Shown here one piece after another: positions 36,111-49,981 of a DNA stretch of 64,000 bases. Position numbers and translations under genes: made by a program. The stretch comes from Octopus bimaculoides (taxonomy: Eukaryota): NCBI RefSeq assembly GCF_001194135.2, contig NC_069007.1, forward strand, positions 1 through 64,000, given 5' to 3'. Each line of letters starts with the position of its first letter. The first letter of the stretch is position 1. The notes beneath the pieces were generated by a model. That model did not search any database and was not told the DNA's origin. It was given only the letters and a program-made list of their open reading frames with translations.

Positions 36111-37382
36111 AACTCTGATAAGTGTATGGTTATATAATTGGATTGTTTCTACAAAGTTACAAGCAAATATTGTGGCCACCCCTCTTGAACCTGAATAATT
36201 CAAAATAACGTGAACGAATAAGCATTATATTTGACAGATTAATATGAACCCTAGGCTTTGCACAGTTAGGACTACATGTGGGACATCATTCCATAAAATT
36301 TGTTTATGGGGAGAAAACTATTGAAAAATATCAAAAGATGTGTGAGTGAGAAAGAAATGTGGAGGGAGGTTTTGGGATGTGCTAAAAACAACAGCCAGAT
36401 CTCCCTTAAATCACACATTTTCCTCTGAAACTATTAATTTTTTTTTCTTTAAACTGAAAATGTTTTTCTCATGGGTGTTAAGGGCATAGAGAAAAAAATA
36501 ATGACCAAAATTCTTTAAGATTGGGTTGGTGAGTAGGTGGTAGGAGTGAAAAAAATTTTTTTAAATGTGTGTCTTTTTTTTTTTGTGAAAAGATGTCTCC
36601 GATCATCCTGAAGACTTTGGTAAAAAAAAAAAAACATTGGGAAAAATTCCAACTTATGTTGGCCATTTGATTCAAATATCCATTTTCAGAAAACCCCCGT
36701 CCCCTTCCAAAAATTTTGCCTACAAATTTCTTTGTAATCGTAATCTACACTGTTTGAAAGGTGTTTGTATAAAATCTCATTAAAAAATACTTACATCTAT
36801 ATACTCTGTGTGTGTGTGTGTGCGTGTGTGTGTGTATATCAATCTTGAGATTGCATAATTTTAGTTGTTCAGGAGAAGGTTTATACTTTACAAATCTATT
36901 AAAAGTTGAAAGATAAATCTTCACAGTTGAATCTCTTTTTCTCAACTCTCCTCTCTTATTCTGTTTCTCTTTTATTTCAGAACGTCAGATGACATTCACA
37001 GAGGAGAATTCTTAACATTACATTCATCATAACTATTATCTTTTAATGATGAAGGCAAGATGTTAAGCTGAACAAATATAATCCTGTTCATATAAATCCC
37101 TGGTGGATTACAATGAATTATTTCTTCTGAGTGAGATTGAAAAAGAAATATCTCTGTTTCAGTGTGTGGAACGTGTAAGAGATGATTTAGTTTTTAATTA
37201 AATTTCAACAAATTTACAAAAGAATTTTCACCATCTTCAGATATCAAGAAAAACGACAGTGGAAACATATTTCTAATGATAAAACTATGGATACAAAAAT
37301 CCAGAAAATATCTATATATAGTGATGAGAGAAGAAGAGTTCTACTGAAATGAATTGAGAATTCATTTTTCTTTCCTGAAGAG

Positions 37383-38798
37383 ATGTCAAAAGTGAAAGGA
37401 ATATTATTGTATGAATGTGACATCTGTCAAAAACCATTCTCTCAAAAATGCAACCTTACCACTCACAAATATATTCACACAGGAGAAAAACGACACCACT
37501 GTGATGTCTGTGGTAAATCGTTTTCTCAAAATACTCACTTAACTAGACACAAACGTATTCACACAGGAGAGAAGCCATATCACTGTGACGTCTGTGGTAG
37601 GTCATTTGCTGAAGGAAGCAACTTGGCTAAACATAAGTACGTTCATACAGGAGAGAAATCACATCATTGTGATGTTTGTGGTAAAACCTTCTCTCAGGCA
37701 GGTGCCTTAACTACACACAAACGTATTCATACAGGAGACAAACCCTATAATTGTGAAGTCTGTGGTAAATCATTCTCTCGAAATAATACCTTGACTATAC
37801 ACAAATACATTCATACAGGACAGAAACCATATAAATGTGACATCTGTGGTAAATCATTCTCTCAAAGTGATACCTTAAATAAGCACAAATATATTCATAC
37901 AGGTGAGAAACCATATCATTGTAAAATCTGTGGTGAATCATTCTCTCAATATAATCTCTTAAATAGACACAAAAGCATTCATACTGGACAGAAACCATAT
38001 GACTGTGATATTTGTGGTAAATCATTCCCTGAAGGAAGTAGCTTAGCTAAACACGTACTCATTCATACAGGAGAGAAACAATATCACTGCGATATCTGTG
38101 GGCAATCCTTTTCACAAAAACCTCACTTAACCAACCACAAGCGCATTCATACAGGAGAGAAACCATATTGCTGTGATATCTGTGGCAAATCATTCTCTCA
38201 TACAGGTAGCTTAACTACACACAAATACACACACACGGGAGAGAAACCATATCGTTGTGATGTCTGTGGTAAGTCATTCTCTCAGAAAAGTAATCTCTCC
38301 ACACACAAGTATATTCATACTGGAGAGAAGCCATATCACTGTGATATCTGTGGTAAATCGTTCTCTGGAGGAAGTACCTTAACAAACCACAAACGTAGTC
38401 ATACAGGTGACAAACCATTTCATTGTGATATCTGTGGGAAATCATTCTCTAAAAATGACACTTTGACTAAACATATCCGCATTCACACAGGAGAGAAACC
38501 ATATCAATGTGACGTCTGTGGGAAATCATTCTCCAAAAATAGTCATTTAACTAGACACAAACATACTCATACAAGAGAGAAACCATATCGCTCTGATATC
38601 TATGATAAATTATTCTCCAAAGAAGATCACTTAACCTGTCACAAACACATTCAAACTGAAGACAGACCATATCACTGTGGTATTTGTGGTAAATCATTCT
38701 CTGAACAAAGCAGCTTAACCAGGCACAAACGTATTTTTAGCAATAATAAATGCTGGACACCAATGTTTAACAAAACAAGTTTGGACGAAGGAAATTAA
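37383..38798 (+). CDS. C2H2 zinc-finger array protein (ZNF4), 14 canonical + 2 degenerate fingers
   Basis: Intact 471-aa ORF. Homologous acceptor TTTCAG|AACGTCAGATGAC at 36980/36981. The last two fingers lack Zn ligands (SDIY; HKRIF). Confidence 0.93.
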   Translation: MSKVKGILLYECDICQKPFSQKCNLTTHKYIHTGEKRHHCDVCGKSFSQNTHLTRHKRIHTGEKPYHCDVCGRSFAEGSNLAKHKYVHTGEKSHHCDVCGKTFSQAGALTTHKRIHTGDKPYNCEVCGKSFSRNNTLTIHKYIHTGQKPYKCDICGKSFSQSDTLNKHKYIHTGEKPYHCKICGESFSQYNLLNRHKSIHTGQKPYDCDICGKSFPEGSSLAKHVLIHTGEKQYHCDICGQSFSQKPHLTNHKRIHTGEKPYCCDICGKSFSHTGSLTTHKYTHTGEKPYRCDVCGKSFSQKSNLSTHKYIHTGEKPYHCDICGKSFSGGSTLTNHKRSHTGDKPFHCDICGKSFSKNDTLTKHIRIHTGEKPYQCDVCGKSFSKNSHLTRHKHTHTREKPYRSDIYDKLFSKEDHLTCHKHIQTEDRPYHCGICGKSFSEQSSLTRHKRIFSNNKCWTPMFNKTSLDEGN

Positions 38799-39199
38799 CC
38801 TGAATGCATGTGGATAAGGAAAGGAATAATCCTTTTCTACTATAGGCACAAGTCAGTGGGGCATTAAACTGTAGTTATGCCTTTTTTCAATACTAGTTAA
38901 CATTAACGGGGGCAGGGGGGGGGGGTAGTCGTCTACATTGACCACTACTGAGCTAGCGCTTATTTTGTCAACCCTGAAAGGATGAAAGTCAAAGTAGACC
39001 TTGGCAGAATTTGAACTTAGACTGTGAAGATGAACAAAACACTGTTAAGGATTTCGCCTGACATGCTTACGATTCTGCCAGCTCGCTGCCTTAATAATCC
39101 TTTTCTACTATAGACGCAAGGCCTGAAATTTTGGAGGAAGGGGATAGTCAATTACATTGACCCCAATACTTAACTGGTACTTATTTTAGAATGTAATCA

Positions 39200-39300
39200 G
39201 ATTGGAGCCTGGTGTAGCCACCTGGTTCACCAGTCCTCAGTCAAATCGTCCAACCCATGCTAGCATGGAAAGCGGACGTTAAACGATGATGATGATGATG
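39200..39300 (+). mobile_element. Young RTE-tail/SINE 3' fragment with (GAT)n
   Basis: Nearly identical to 55343-55446 (+) and to the reverse complement of 46432-46545. Confidence 0.8.
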
Positions 39301-39490
39301 AGGATGAAGCCGGATGAAATACTGCCATCTCAATGACAGGAATAATGGTTCATGCCAGGGTGGCTGTGTGGTAAGAAGTTTGCTTCCCAACCACATGCTT
39401 TCAGGTTTGGTTCCAATGTGTGTCTTCTATCGCCCCAGGCAAACCAAAACCTTTTGAGTGGGTTTTTTTTCAATAATAACCGAAAGAAAC

Positions 39491-39529
<39 letters not shown>

Positions 39530-40819
39530 ATCATCAACTTTCACACACACATGTATATATATATATTATATGAATTTATGTATGTATCTGTATATATATA
39601 TATTTGTAGTGTATGTGTCTTTCTGTTGATTTTTGACCACCACCACTGCTTGACAACTGATGTTAGTTTATTTACATCCCCATAACAGCAATTAGGCATA
39701 AGACCCTGATGAAATAAATACAAGGCTTTAAAAAATAAGTACCAAGATTGATTTATTCGACTACACCTTTCAAAGTGGTGCTCCAGCACAGTCATAGTCC
39801 AGTGACAGAAGCAATTAAGAGCTAAACGATAAACTTATCCAATTAAAAAAAAACATAGACAAATAGGCACAGGGGTAGCTGTGTGGTAAATTGTAAGAGG
39901 CAAATGCCTTAATTTATGGCTTTCTATGTACGAGGTTCATAGCCTCAATGTGAAAATTTAATTTTAAAAGAACAGTTATAGAGAAGCAAGATCCGGCAGG
40001 CGGCTTTTGCCTTCTCCATCATATTTACCATCCATTTCATCTCATTAATGTGTTCGTCCAGCCCGCAGCTACTCTGTGTACTGCCTTTATGGCAAATCAA
40101 ATGAAATAAAGTAGCTTGCTTTCCAACCATATGCTTCTGGGTTCAGTCCCACTGTGTGGCACCTTGGGCAAGTGTCTTCCACTATAGCCTCGGGCTGACA
40201 AAAGCCTTGTGAGTGGATTTGGTAGACGGAAACTGTAAGAAGCTCGTCGAATATGTATATGTTTGTTCCCCCCCCCACCATCACTTGACGACTGATGCTG
40301 GTTTGTTTACATCCCCGTAACTTACGTAAGACACCTTCCTCTATTATTCTTTTAGCTTCTCATCAACTGACACCAAACCATCAATACTCCCTACCCCCAG
40401 TTAAGTGAGGTTTTCTTTTGTTGGTGCTACAAAGAAAGTACCCTCTACAGTCTGTTAAATGGTTGGCATCGAGCTGTAGAAACCCTGCCAAAACAAAGCT
40501 TGGAACAGCTCCCCAGCTTCCTAGCATGGAGAACAGATGTTGATGGATCTACTTAACAGATCCTCCTGTATTTTCTTTTACCAAACACCAGGAACTTTTC
40601 AACACATCCTCATGTGTATGTATGTATTTATTCGCCATGTTGGATCACTTACTCTACGTTTTTTTCATTCTCTCTCTATTCCCTCTTATTCCTTTCTGTT
40701 GAAGAGCTTAGGCTCAAATTGCAAAAGACTTTTTCCATTTTTCCCGAGCATCAAACTAATACATTTGCTTGTTGTTCCTACACCTGTCTTCATCTTTTGT
40801 TTTCTATAAATTTGAACTA

Positions 40820-40837
40820 TATGTGTGTGTGTGTGTG

Positions 40838-40881
<44 letters not shown>

Positions 40882-41200
40882 TGTTTATATTAATTTTTAG
40901 TAGATGCATTAGCATTTCACTAATACATCCATAAATCTTTATGGTATATATATATATATATATATATATGCTGGCTGTGTACATGTGTATATATATATGG
41001 GCATGCATACATGTATGTTCGGATATGTACATATATGTGCATAAAGGTATATATATATATGTAGAGATGTGGATATGCATGTATACACATGAATGTATAT
41101 GCATATGTATGTATATGCACATCTACTCACCTGTGTGTGTATCCATAAAAATATATGCAGGTGTATGTGTGCTTAACATATGTATGTGTATCACAGTTAA
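40820..41200. repeat. (TG)/(TA)/(CA) low-complexity microsatellite tract
   Basis: Interspersed dinucleotide repeats; similar tracts at 13530, 19945, 32630-32720, 39500 and 63350. Confidence 0.9.
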
Positions 41201-41450
41201 GAAGTGATTGAGGTGAAAGATGGAGAATGAGAAATAGTGAACATGTTTTATTGTTGCATGTTGTTTCTAACATGTATTCTTAGATTTGTTCAGTTTGTAG
41301 AAAAAAAAAACAGAAAAAAAACACCAAAACTATGAGAGTTCTAATTCTGGCAGATTGGGTATTGTTTCGATTGTAAATGTTGATGTGTGTGTCTGATCAG
41401 GGATGGTGGTAACAAGATGTGATAACAACAGGACACAAAGAAAGGGTTGA

Positions 41451-41626
41451 TCAATGTTTAATAATAATAATCTTTCTCTCAATTTGTTTCCTACACAAAT
41501 GACACTTGTGAAGTCTTTCTCCACATTCTTTACAAGCGGTATGGCCACATTCAAAGACCATGTTCCAACGCCGCTCCATACAAATTGTACATGTACATGT
41601 GGTTTGGTCGTCAACTTGGGATCCCT
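41451..41626 (-). CDS. Ankyrin-RING gene, last exon (RING2)
   Basis: CTICMERRWNMVFECGHTACKECGERLHKCHLCRKQI; acceptor TTTCAG at 41628-41627, phase 1, TGA at 41451-41453. Confidence 0.88.
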
Positions 41627-42574
41627 CTGAAATGATAAACACACAGTTGTTGGTGTTGTTTACGAAGAAAACTATGAATCGGATAATTTATCAGGAAATT
41701 ACAAGCAAGAAATATCGTAGGATTATGAAAGGGCCAGCATCAAAGATGGAAGTTAAAAGATGATGATCTATAGTTGGATGCCCTTCCCATCATCAAAACT
41801 CACCCCTGCTCAAGCAAGTTTTATCACAGAAAATCAAGATGTTTAGGAAGGAGCAGTAGGAATGGTTAAATGCAGTGAAGTGGACAGAGATAAATGAGAT
41901 GGGATGTAGTCAGCAGGTTTGAGAGAAACCAAGCTGCAATTCCTGTTATATGAGTAAGAGTTGATCTCAAACCTAATATAAATGGAGAGACATTATCGAA
42001 TGACAATAGTAACCCCAACCTATAAACTTCTACTGCTACTACACATCATGTTCATTATCAATGCCACCTTCCGCACTCCTCTTGATCTTCATTGAGTCAT
42101 TGTATATTTTAGGCCCAACATCTTGGATTTTGTCTAGTTTCCATTTGTTATTGGTACTTTTTCCCCAACAGATGTCCATCAATGGTCTGTTAGGTAAAAA
42201 AAAAAAAAAGAAAATAGCAACCATATCTGCTCCAGATCACACTTATTGCCTGAAAAATTGAAGGCTACATTGGGAAGACTACAATTGAAAAGACTCTGAC
42301 GATAGAAATTTTAATTCAGGGATAAACCAGGGTAAACAACAGACGTTAACTGATAAGTTAATCCTGTGAGAAATAACAAGGAATCGTTCAGCTGGTAATC
42401 CTTAAATATTTTGGTTTCTGTCGCAGAAAAGCAGCTGAGAGGTGAAGCTTCCTCATCCTATTCCTTAGACTGTACTCTGGTATAAGTACCTGCATGTTCA
42501 ATAGAACGAAACTGAAGAATTGTAAAGCTGTCATCGAGAAAAACAGCAAAATACTCGCAGCAAAGTACGTATGC

Positions 42575-43620
42575 ATATGTACATAATATATGTATGAAAG
42601 TTTGCAATCAGTTGCACTCGATTTTGATCTTTTGAGAGGTTAACATGTGTGATAGAAAAAGTGCCGTCAAACATACTTAAAGTTCTACTTTTCCAGCACA
42701 TGTCGTTAAAACCTCTTTTCCATTGTGTGCAGGTGCATCGAGATGGAAGTGAAAAGAACCGAGATCTCTGTGGGCCACAACAAATCCAACATCACCAAGC
42801 AAATCAATGTTAGCTGGATGACTGTCCACAGGGTCACAGAGGGGCTCAAGAAAGAGAAAGATCTCAAAGTTCCACCTCAAGTTGTTAACCATTTGGCTGT
42901 GATAAAGGCCTTCAGAAGTGATCTGAAGCTGAAAATGACTGCGCTCATGAAAAACAACAACTTGGTGACCAGTGTCCAAGAGCTTAAGGTACATGGAAAG
43001 GCCTCTGCTCAATGACCATATGCAAGACCAACGTCAGGAGCGCTGTTGTCACCTTCTCAATGACTTGAAGTGTCTTTCTGATGAAAAAAACTTTCATGGT
43101 TGATCCGGTTGTCAACAAGCAGAACAACCACATGGTCAGCTTTGACCAGGATGTTTCTGAGATCCGCTAAGTGCCCACAGCCAAGCACCTGCCCTCCGTA
43201 ATGATGCTCAGCATTGTGGCTTTGAATGGTGAGAAGATGCTGCCTTATGGCTTGCAGCTGACTACAGGGACATCTTGGCCACAAAAGTCCTGCCCTGGGT
43301 GTGAAAGACCATGAAGTAGGTGGACAAAGTCTTTCAGCAGGATGGTGCCCCTGCCCACATGGCCAAGGCCATGCAAAAGTAACTGGGGTTGAACATGAAC
43401 TTCTGGTCAAAGAACTGTAGGCTATCGCAGTTGCCTGACCTCAGTTGCCTGACCTCGCAGTTGCCTGACCTCAGCCCCCTTCACTACAATGTGCGGGTGC
43501 ATGTCGAGGGCAAGGGCTGCCACAGCAATGTCAAATGAGCCGAGGTCCTCCGCCAACCGCGTGTGAGTCAGCGGCCTTCAGGTCTCACCTGGAGCAAGTG
43601 TGGATAGCCACATTGATAAG
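42575..43620 (+). mobile_element. Decayed Tc1/mariner (maT-like) transposon
   Basis: HTH-like N-terminus, VFSDEK..VVNKQN, SVMMLSIVA and FQQDGAPAH..FWSKN..PDLSPL; a 14-16 bp triplication at ~43427-43472. Confidence 0.8.
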
Positions 43621-43889
43621 TTATTAATATTTAAACTTATCTTTTTATGTTAAAACAATAAAAACATGTTTAACTGCATCAAAACCATCATTGTGTCCTT
43701 TGTCGAGAGCATTGTAATAAGGGTAACAAGACTTTTGCAAAGCCGTGTGTGCATACATGTATATGTTGAGTGCTCTAACATACAATTATATGCCTTAGAT
43801 ATTCTAATGTATCTCATTGTTTCTTCTGTAAACTCAGAAATAATGATCAACATTTCAGTATTTTAGACTTGCTGCAGAATATTTCTGAA

Positions 43890-44460
43890 TTCTTAGTCCA
43901 CTCTTGTTCATCATAGTTCTCCAGGCCATAACAAAGGAATTCAAAACTGGATGCCCATGCGAATTACTATCCAATGATGACTTTGCTCTTATTATAAAAT
44001 CAGTAGCAAAATTGGAGAAGAAATTTCAGGTATGGAAGCAAAACCTGGAATCAAAGGGCCTTAAAGTTAACTTAGCAAAGACCAAAGTTGTTGTTAGCAA
44101 GAAAGCAGAGGCCCTGATCAATCTGTAAGAAAGGAATGGGAAGTAATTCCATTCACTGTGCCAAACATAAGCTATGGACACATAAGAGGTGCAGTGGAAT
44201 CATAGGTAGATAAAAGATCAGGTGTGTGGCAAATGTGCAGGAACAATAAGCACTAACAGCACATGGGATGTAGACTCTCTCAAGGTAGGAGACAATTTTT
44301 GTTACCAAGGTGACCAAATTGGCAATGGGGTGGGGGATGCTCTGAAAGTATCGTTTCTGGAATACGAATTGGACGGAGAAAGTTCAGAGAGCTGCTACCT
44401 CTGTTGGCAACAAAAAGACTCTGATTTTGTTGAATTTACCTGTGTTAGCCTGTAATTAGA
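43890..44460 (+). mobile_element. RTE LINE fragment
   Basis: LQAITKEFKTGCPCELLSNDDFALI..WKQNLESKGLKVNLAKTKV. Confidence 0.85.
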
Positions 44461-45225
44461 TTCACTTTGTGACAAATGTTATGCAATGGATTTGCTTAAA
44501 AACCTTTTAAATTATGTTCCTAAAATCTCATTATGTTGATAAATAAAAAAATTAGTTGTGCTGTTACACCAGTGTAAATTCACGATTATGTTAGAATTTA
44601 ATTGAAACACTTTAACGAACGGTTTAATGGATCTTTCATTTGCTGTAATTAGTGTTGCAGTTATTCAATCAGCTGAACTATCAAATCATATTGGCTGAGT
44701 ATTCCACAGGCACTTTTAACCTTAATACCATGAAGAATCACAATGATGCAGCTGTGAGAATAACAACCCTTTTGAATTGCTGTTCATCTGATGGGATTCT
44801 ACACAGTTTCCCTTGTACAAAGCTGTAGTTATCCATGCCTATTTTGACTGATTATCAACATTTTCAGAAACCTAGAACAACTGATTTAACAGTCAGACTC
44901 TCTGCTGTAGAGATTTTCTCATTGAATCTCCTGCACTACCAAAGCATGTGCTGTGGTCTTCAATCATCAGCTTCCCATGATACCTCGAAGAGCTCACAAG
45001 GAACTATAAAAAGTCAATGTTTACTAATAGAACCTGAGAAATTTATTGAGATTTCAGTTAGTCATCCTTTTCCAGTATCATTCATTAGTCATGTTTAATG
45101 GATGTAGTGATAGATTTACAATCACAGAGAAAAGACACCTGGGTCTACACAACAACATGAAGTAAATTATTCCACACTACAAATTCAATGAGACAAACAG
45201 ACATGTCATTAAATAATATCCTTAC

Positions 45226-45374
45226 CAAATCCACTCTTGCTAGTTACAGGTTGTCGACACTGGGGGCATGTTTTACGCTTAATTTTGGAACAACATTCTT
45301 CACATATCACAGTATGTTCACAAGGATAGAATGTTACAGTGGCCTCTTTATCTTCACATAACAGACATGGTAAT
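45226..45374 (-). CDS. Ankyrin-RING gene exon (RING1)
   Basis: LPCLLCEDKEATVTFYPCEHTVICEECCSKIKRKTCPQCRQPV; acceptor CCATAG, donor GTAAGG; phases 2/1. Confidence 0.88.
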
Positions 45375-46431
45375 CTATGGAACAAAATATAAACACATCT
45401 CTTCAATAGAATCAATTTATAACAAATATTACATTGTGTACATGTTTAGAATACAGAATATTATGAAACACTACAATGACCAGCAAAGAGTACATCACAG
45501 ACTTTTCTGTAAACAATTCCATACATGCTGATGTGTGTATATATATGTATACATACGTTGACAAATATGTGTGTTGACTTTGACACACCACAAGATTCGT
45601 TTACACACAGTGAACTCCATATATTCCAGGAATATGTTTCACTTCTGGTATAAACCACATTTCTTCTGAACAAATGGATGTAAACAAGTTTGTATATACA
45701 CATTTTATAATATATGTATCTATAAAACGCTTTATTCTATCCAATCTATTTAACAAGTGCTCTCTACTTAGACATTTGGCTTTAAGTTGTATGGCCAGAC
45801 ACAGTTGCCATGGCTTCATGTATGGGTGAACAAGGTTACAAAACAGATCACAGTTTTAAATGGAACAATGGTCCTAAAATCATGTACAAAACCTGAGAAC
45901 TCATTTCGAAATTGATGAACTGAATGCAGTAAATGTTGTTTCCATTAACCTTTAATGTACCAGTAACCTCCTGATGATCCCCAATTAACGAAAGGGACAT
46001 TAGTTCTATGATTGATGGACTGTGAGAAATGATCCAATGGCCATTTCTGGTCCTTTTCTTTCTGCGTGGAATGTTGTGCTTTAGTTTCCTTTTATGAAAA
46101 CTGTCAAATTTCACCCAGAAAGCCTGCTGTATACATATTATTTGGATAATTTGTTTCCAGGTAGATTTGTTCTGTGAAGACATAAGGCAATGTTCCTCCA
46201 GTATTTACAGAAATAAATATCCATTGTTTAGTGTCTGTTTGTAAAGCTTACGTGATAATCACTGATTGGGACAGAGAAGAGCGAGAAAAAGTGTTGATAA
46301 ATAAATTCCTCTTACTTCTAAGTAACAATTTAAAAAATGTGTTCATTCACGTCATTATTTAGAACTACCTTTTTTTGGTGGTTACACATCTTTAAAATAG
46401 GGAATCAAGAGAGGTATTCTAGGGGTAGACA

Positions 46432-46745
46432 TCATCATCATCGTCATCGTTTAATGTCCGCTTTCCATGCTAGCATGGGTTGGACGATTTGACTGAGGAC
46501 CGGTGAAACCAGATGGCTACACCAGGCTCCAATCTGATTTGGCAGAGTTTCTACAGCTGGATGCCCTTCCTAACGCCAACCACTCAGAGTGTAGTGGGTG
46601 CTTTTACGTGTCACCCGCACGAGGGCCAGTCAGGCGGTACTGGCAACAGCCACGCTCAAAATGGTGTATTTTATGTGCCACCCGCAAAAGAGCCAGTCCA
46701 GAGGCACTGGCAACGATCTCGCTCGAAAATCCTATGAAGGCGGTA
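46432..46745 (-). mobile_element. Young RTE-tail/SINE copy
   Basis: Reverse complement matches 55289-55446 and 39200-39300 closely, with a (GAT)n tail at 46432. Confidence 0.8.
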
Positions 46746-46995
46746 CTGAGTGAGATATAAATGTCAACACAACCGATTATGAGACTGTATTCAAAATAGT
46801 GTTCTTTGTTTGATCACCTAACAACTGTATTTTCTGTTTATTGCTTTTCTTGCTATTGCTGTGTGTGTCTTTGGCCAAAACACTAACGACACTATAATGT
46901 ATTGGCAGAATTAAAACATAACGAACATATAAACACGATTATATACAGAATGGAAATTAGACTGGATTATCTTGTCATTGCCAGTGAATACTTAC

Positions 46996-47174
46996 TGCTG
47001 TGGTGGGAAAAATGCTTTTATTTGCTCCTTTAAATGCAAACTCTTAATGAGATCCAGTGGGGTCACATTCTCACTGTTTTTATGGTAAAAGTTGGCTCCC
47101 TGATAAGCAAGATAGCTAGCAACTACTGTAGCAGAGAGCCTGTCTTTCTTACTCAAAGAGAGCTTCAAGCAGAA
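46996..47174 (-). CDS. Ankyrin-RING gene exon (last ankyrin-like repeat/linker)
   Basis: FCLKLSLSKKDRLSATVVASYLAYQGANFYHKNSENVTPLDLIKSLHLKEQIKAFFPPQ; TTGTAG acceptor, GTAAGT donor, phases 0/2 fit both neighbours. Not in the ORF track. Confidence 0.85.
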
Positions 47175-47774
47175 CTACAAATGGTGAAATATAAAATGAT
47201 GAATTCAATATTACAAAAATATACATTGTAGTAGCTCCAAATTACAAAACAATTCTACTAAATCTAAATATAGTTTTTGCTGTGTATATCCACTGATTAA
47301 ACTGGTTATGCAGTATTGAGTTCCTACCTCTAGTTGAGGCCATTTTCCATTTATTTTTATTTTCAACATTAAGATAACATTTTAAATATTTGTCATTATA
47401 TTAAACAGAACAAACCTTACTAATTAACATGAAGTTTATTGATACTTAATGAGTAGAGGTTTTCTTGCAAATCACAAATTTTACAAAAAATTCAATAAAT
47501 AATACAAAACCAAAATCATAGCACCAAGTGACACATTGGAATTCTAATGGAACATATCACACAAAACACAACAAAAACCTATCGATACAACTGGCCATAG
47601 CAAAAAATGATGCTTATGGAAGTGTGTTTCTGTCTGTCTGTCTGTCTCTTTGCTTGCATGCATGAATGTGTAGTTGTACATTAAAAACTGAAGTACAAGG
47701 AAGCACACTTAGGACCTTGCTTTATTGTACTCACTTTCAAGTGTTCTGCCATTCTACATTGTGGATATATGTTG

Positions 47775-48880
47775 TGTACAGGGCCTTGCAGATAATTTGA
47801 GACCAATTTTAAGCAGTTGACTTAGTGGGTTTAACATTTCATTTTTCGACAAAACCTTGCTTGCTTGAAAATCTAATCCTCTTTACTTTTCAGGTAAGTA
47901 GAAACGGAAAGTCGGAGAACAACAGAATCGTTCCACCATTGTTGTTTCGGTGTATGCTGGGCACACTGCCAATAAAACTATTGCCAAAACAGTTTATCCT
48001 GTGTATAAACAATTCAAAGAACACAAGACTCAAAATGATTCCAAGCACAACGTTTCTCGCTGCTCTCAAACGCTTGACTGAAGCCAACCCATCTATATCT
48101 ATGACAACTCTTGCAAAGAAACACGTGTCCCTTTCCACAGTATCCAGAGCTGTGAACAGGAACCATGGTATGACTAGCTTTGTTTGACGCTGCCGTCACC
48201 TCCCAACAGCCACGGGCAAAGCAATCAGAACTGAGAGATGCTCAAAGCTCATTATTCATCAAGCATCAAGGTGTAGGAAAAACTCTCAGGTTTGTGAACA
48301 AGAAGTTCACTGTGGATGCTGAGGTGAATTGCAGAAATTCTCGAGTAATTGCATACGACTCTTCTAATGTCCCCCCCTCCCCACTGTGTTTGAGACTAAG
48401 AATTTTGCTTCTGTGGTATTTGGAGCTGTGACGAATGATGGAAGAGTCATGGACCCACACTTCATTGAAATCTGGCTTGAAGATCAGCACAAAGGAGTAT
48501 CTGGAACCCTGAAGATCTCTGTTACTTTGGATGGAGCAGAAGTTTGGGCTTGACAATGTGGTGCTTATCCAGGATTCTGCACCATGCCATGGGTCAAAAG
48601 CAACATAGGCCTTCCTTGGTGAGAAGGAGCCATTTTTTTGTGAGGGCCAACATCTGGCCCAATAATAGCACAGATCTCAACCTTCTCGATTACTTTTTAT
48701 TGAGCGTACTTCACACGAGGACCAGTGCTTCACCACAATCAAGTGTCAACAGTTTGAAGACCAGCATCGTGTGTGCGACATGCAAAATCAAAAAGACAGA
48801 AGTTGTGGCAGCAGCAGCAAAATCATTTTGTTCTTGTGTGGAGGCAACCATATTGAGTGATGTTTTTGTACATAATATAA
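47775..48880 (+). mobile_element. Decayed maT/DD37D-type transposon
   Basis: EANPSISMTTLAKK..VSLSTVSRAV, KFTVDAEVNCRNSR, VFGAVTNDG and IQDSAPCH..IWPNNSTDLNLLDYF; D-x37-D spacing after correcting one frameshift in a T7 run. Confidence 0.82.
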
Positions 48881-49006
48881 TTAGGGTTATCAGGAGAGAC
48901 TGGATTACTAAATGGAAATGGAAGAGGGGGGTTGATGTGTGAAAAATGATGTCTGTCTGCTTGTCTCTTTCTCTCAAATATTTATAAACAATTTTGAAAA
49001 ACTTAC

Positions 49007-49216
49007 CTCATCTAAAATACCTAAGTGTTCACCCTCAGAATGAAACACCTTTTTCTCTACAGCAAGATGCAGACAATTATTACCGCCACCATCAACAGCA
49101 TTTATGCTTGCTCTTTTGGAAATTAACTTGTGGATCATTCCAAGATGACCCCCGGAGACAGCTAGAAGCAATGGTGTCATTTTGTTACGGTTCTTGAGAT
49201 CCAGTTTCACCGAATC
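49007..49216 (-). CDS. Ankyrin-RING gene exon (ankyrin repeats)
   Basis: DSVKLDLKNRNKMTPLLLAVSGGHLGMIHKLISKRASINAVDGGGNNCLHLAV; 210 nt, phase 0/0, GTAAGT donor. Confidence 0.88.
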
Positions 49217-49981
49217 CTTAGTGGGAGTAAAAACAGGAAAAAAATTTATATGAAAATTAGGGTTGATATCAATGTGTCGTTACTGACTTCCAACTCTAAC
49301 CCTAACTGACCATGTACAATTTGATGTTTGCAAGTAGAGTCAACCCTCCCTAGGTCACCCTATAACATGCTATAGGTATGTGTTCGAGACATGATAAATC
49401 TATTGAGATGTTATTAACAGATTGTATGTCAAAAGCCCAAGCGTATTTGTCTGCATCACTTTCTCTCTCTTTCTCTTTCTATATAAATATATTTATATAC
49501 ATATATCTGTGTGTATATACATATACACACACACACATATTTTGAAGGAAGTGTTAATTGTTATTCACTTTCATTTAGAAACCTTTGTGAATGATGCATG
49601 CGAAGACAGCTGCCACAAGGGTACGCTTTTGATTTCCTTTCTTGTTATAAAAGAACTTCATAAAGTCATAAAATTGTGTTGATGTCTATGCAATATTCCG
49701 CATTAATACAGAAAATGTTATAGATTTATGTTAATTTTGTAATTATCTTCTACACATGCTGTAGCATAGGTGCTAGCATCTGTGGTGGTGTTGACCACCC
49801 GTAATACCATCATCATGACCAATAGAATGTTTTTCCACAGACATAAGACCTGCCACATAAAAAGGGAGTGGGAATACAGTTGATTAAATTTGCCCCCAGT
49901 ATTTTATTGTTACTTTGATGATATTAATATTAAATAAATTAATAAAATGCTCGTGTGTATAATATGTATATGTTAACTGAC

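Noticed and set aside
40817-41207. His/Ile/Tyr-rich ORFs
   Set aside because: Translations of dinucleotide microsatellites; the same applies to ORFs spanning N gaps.
45848-46183. 111-aa minus-strand ORF inside the ankyrin-RING gene
   Set aside because: No domain motif, and not needed for phase continuity once the 46996-47174 exon is used.
49570-49700. Candidate ankyrin-like exon (NKKGNQ...)
   Set aside because: No splice-site and phase combination without a stop; the 37-nt micro-exon explains the frame.
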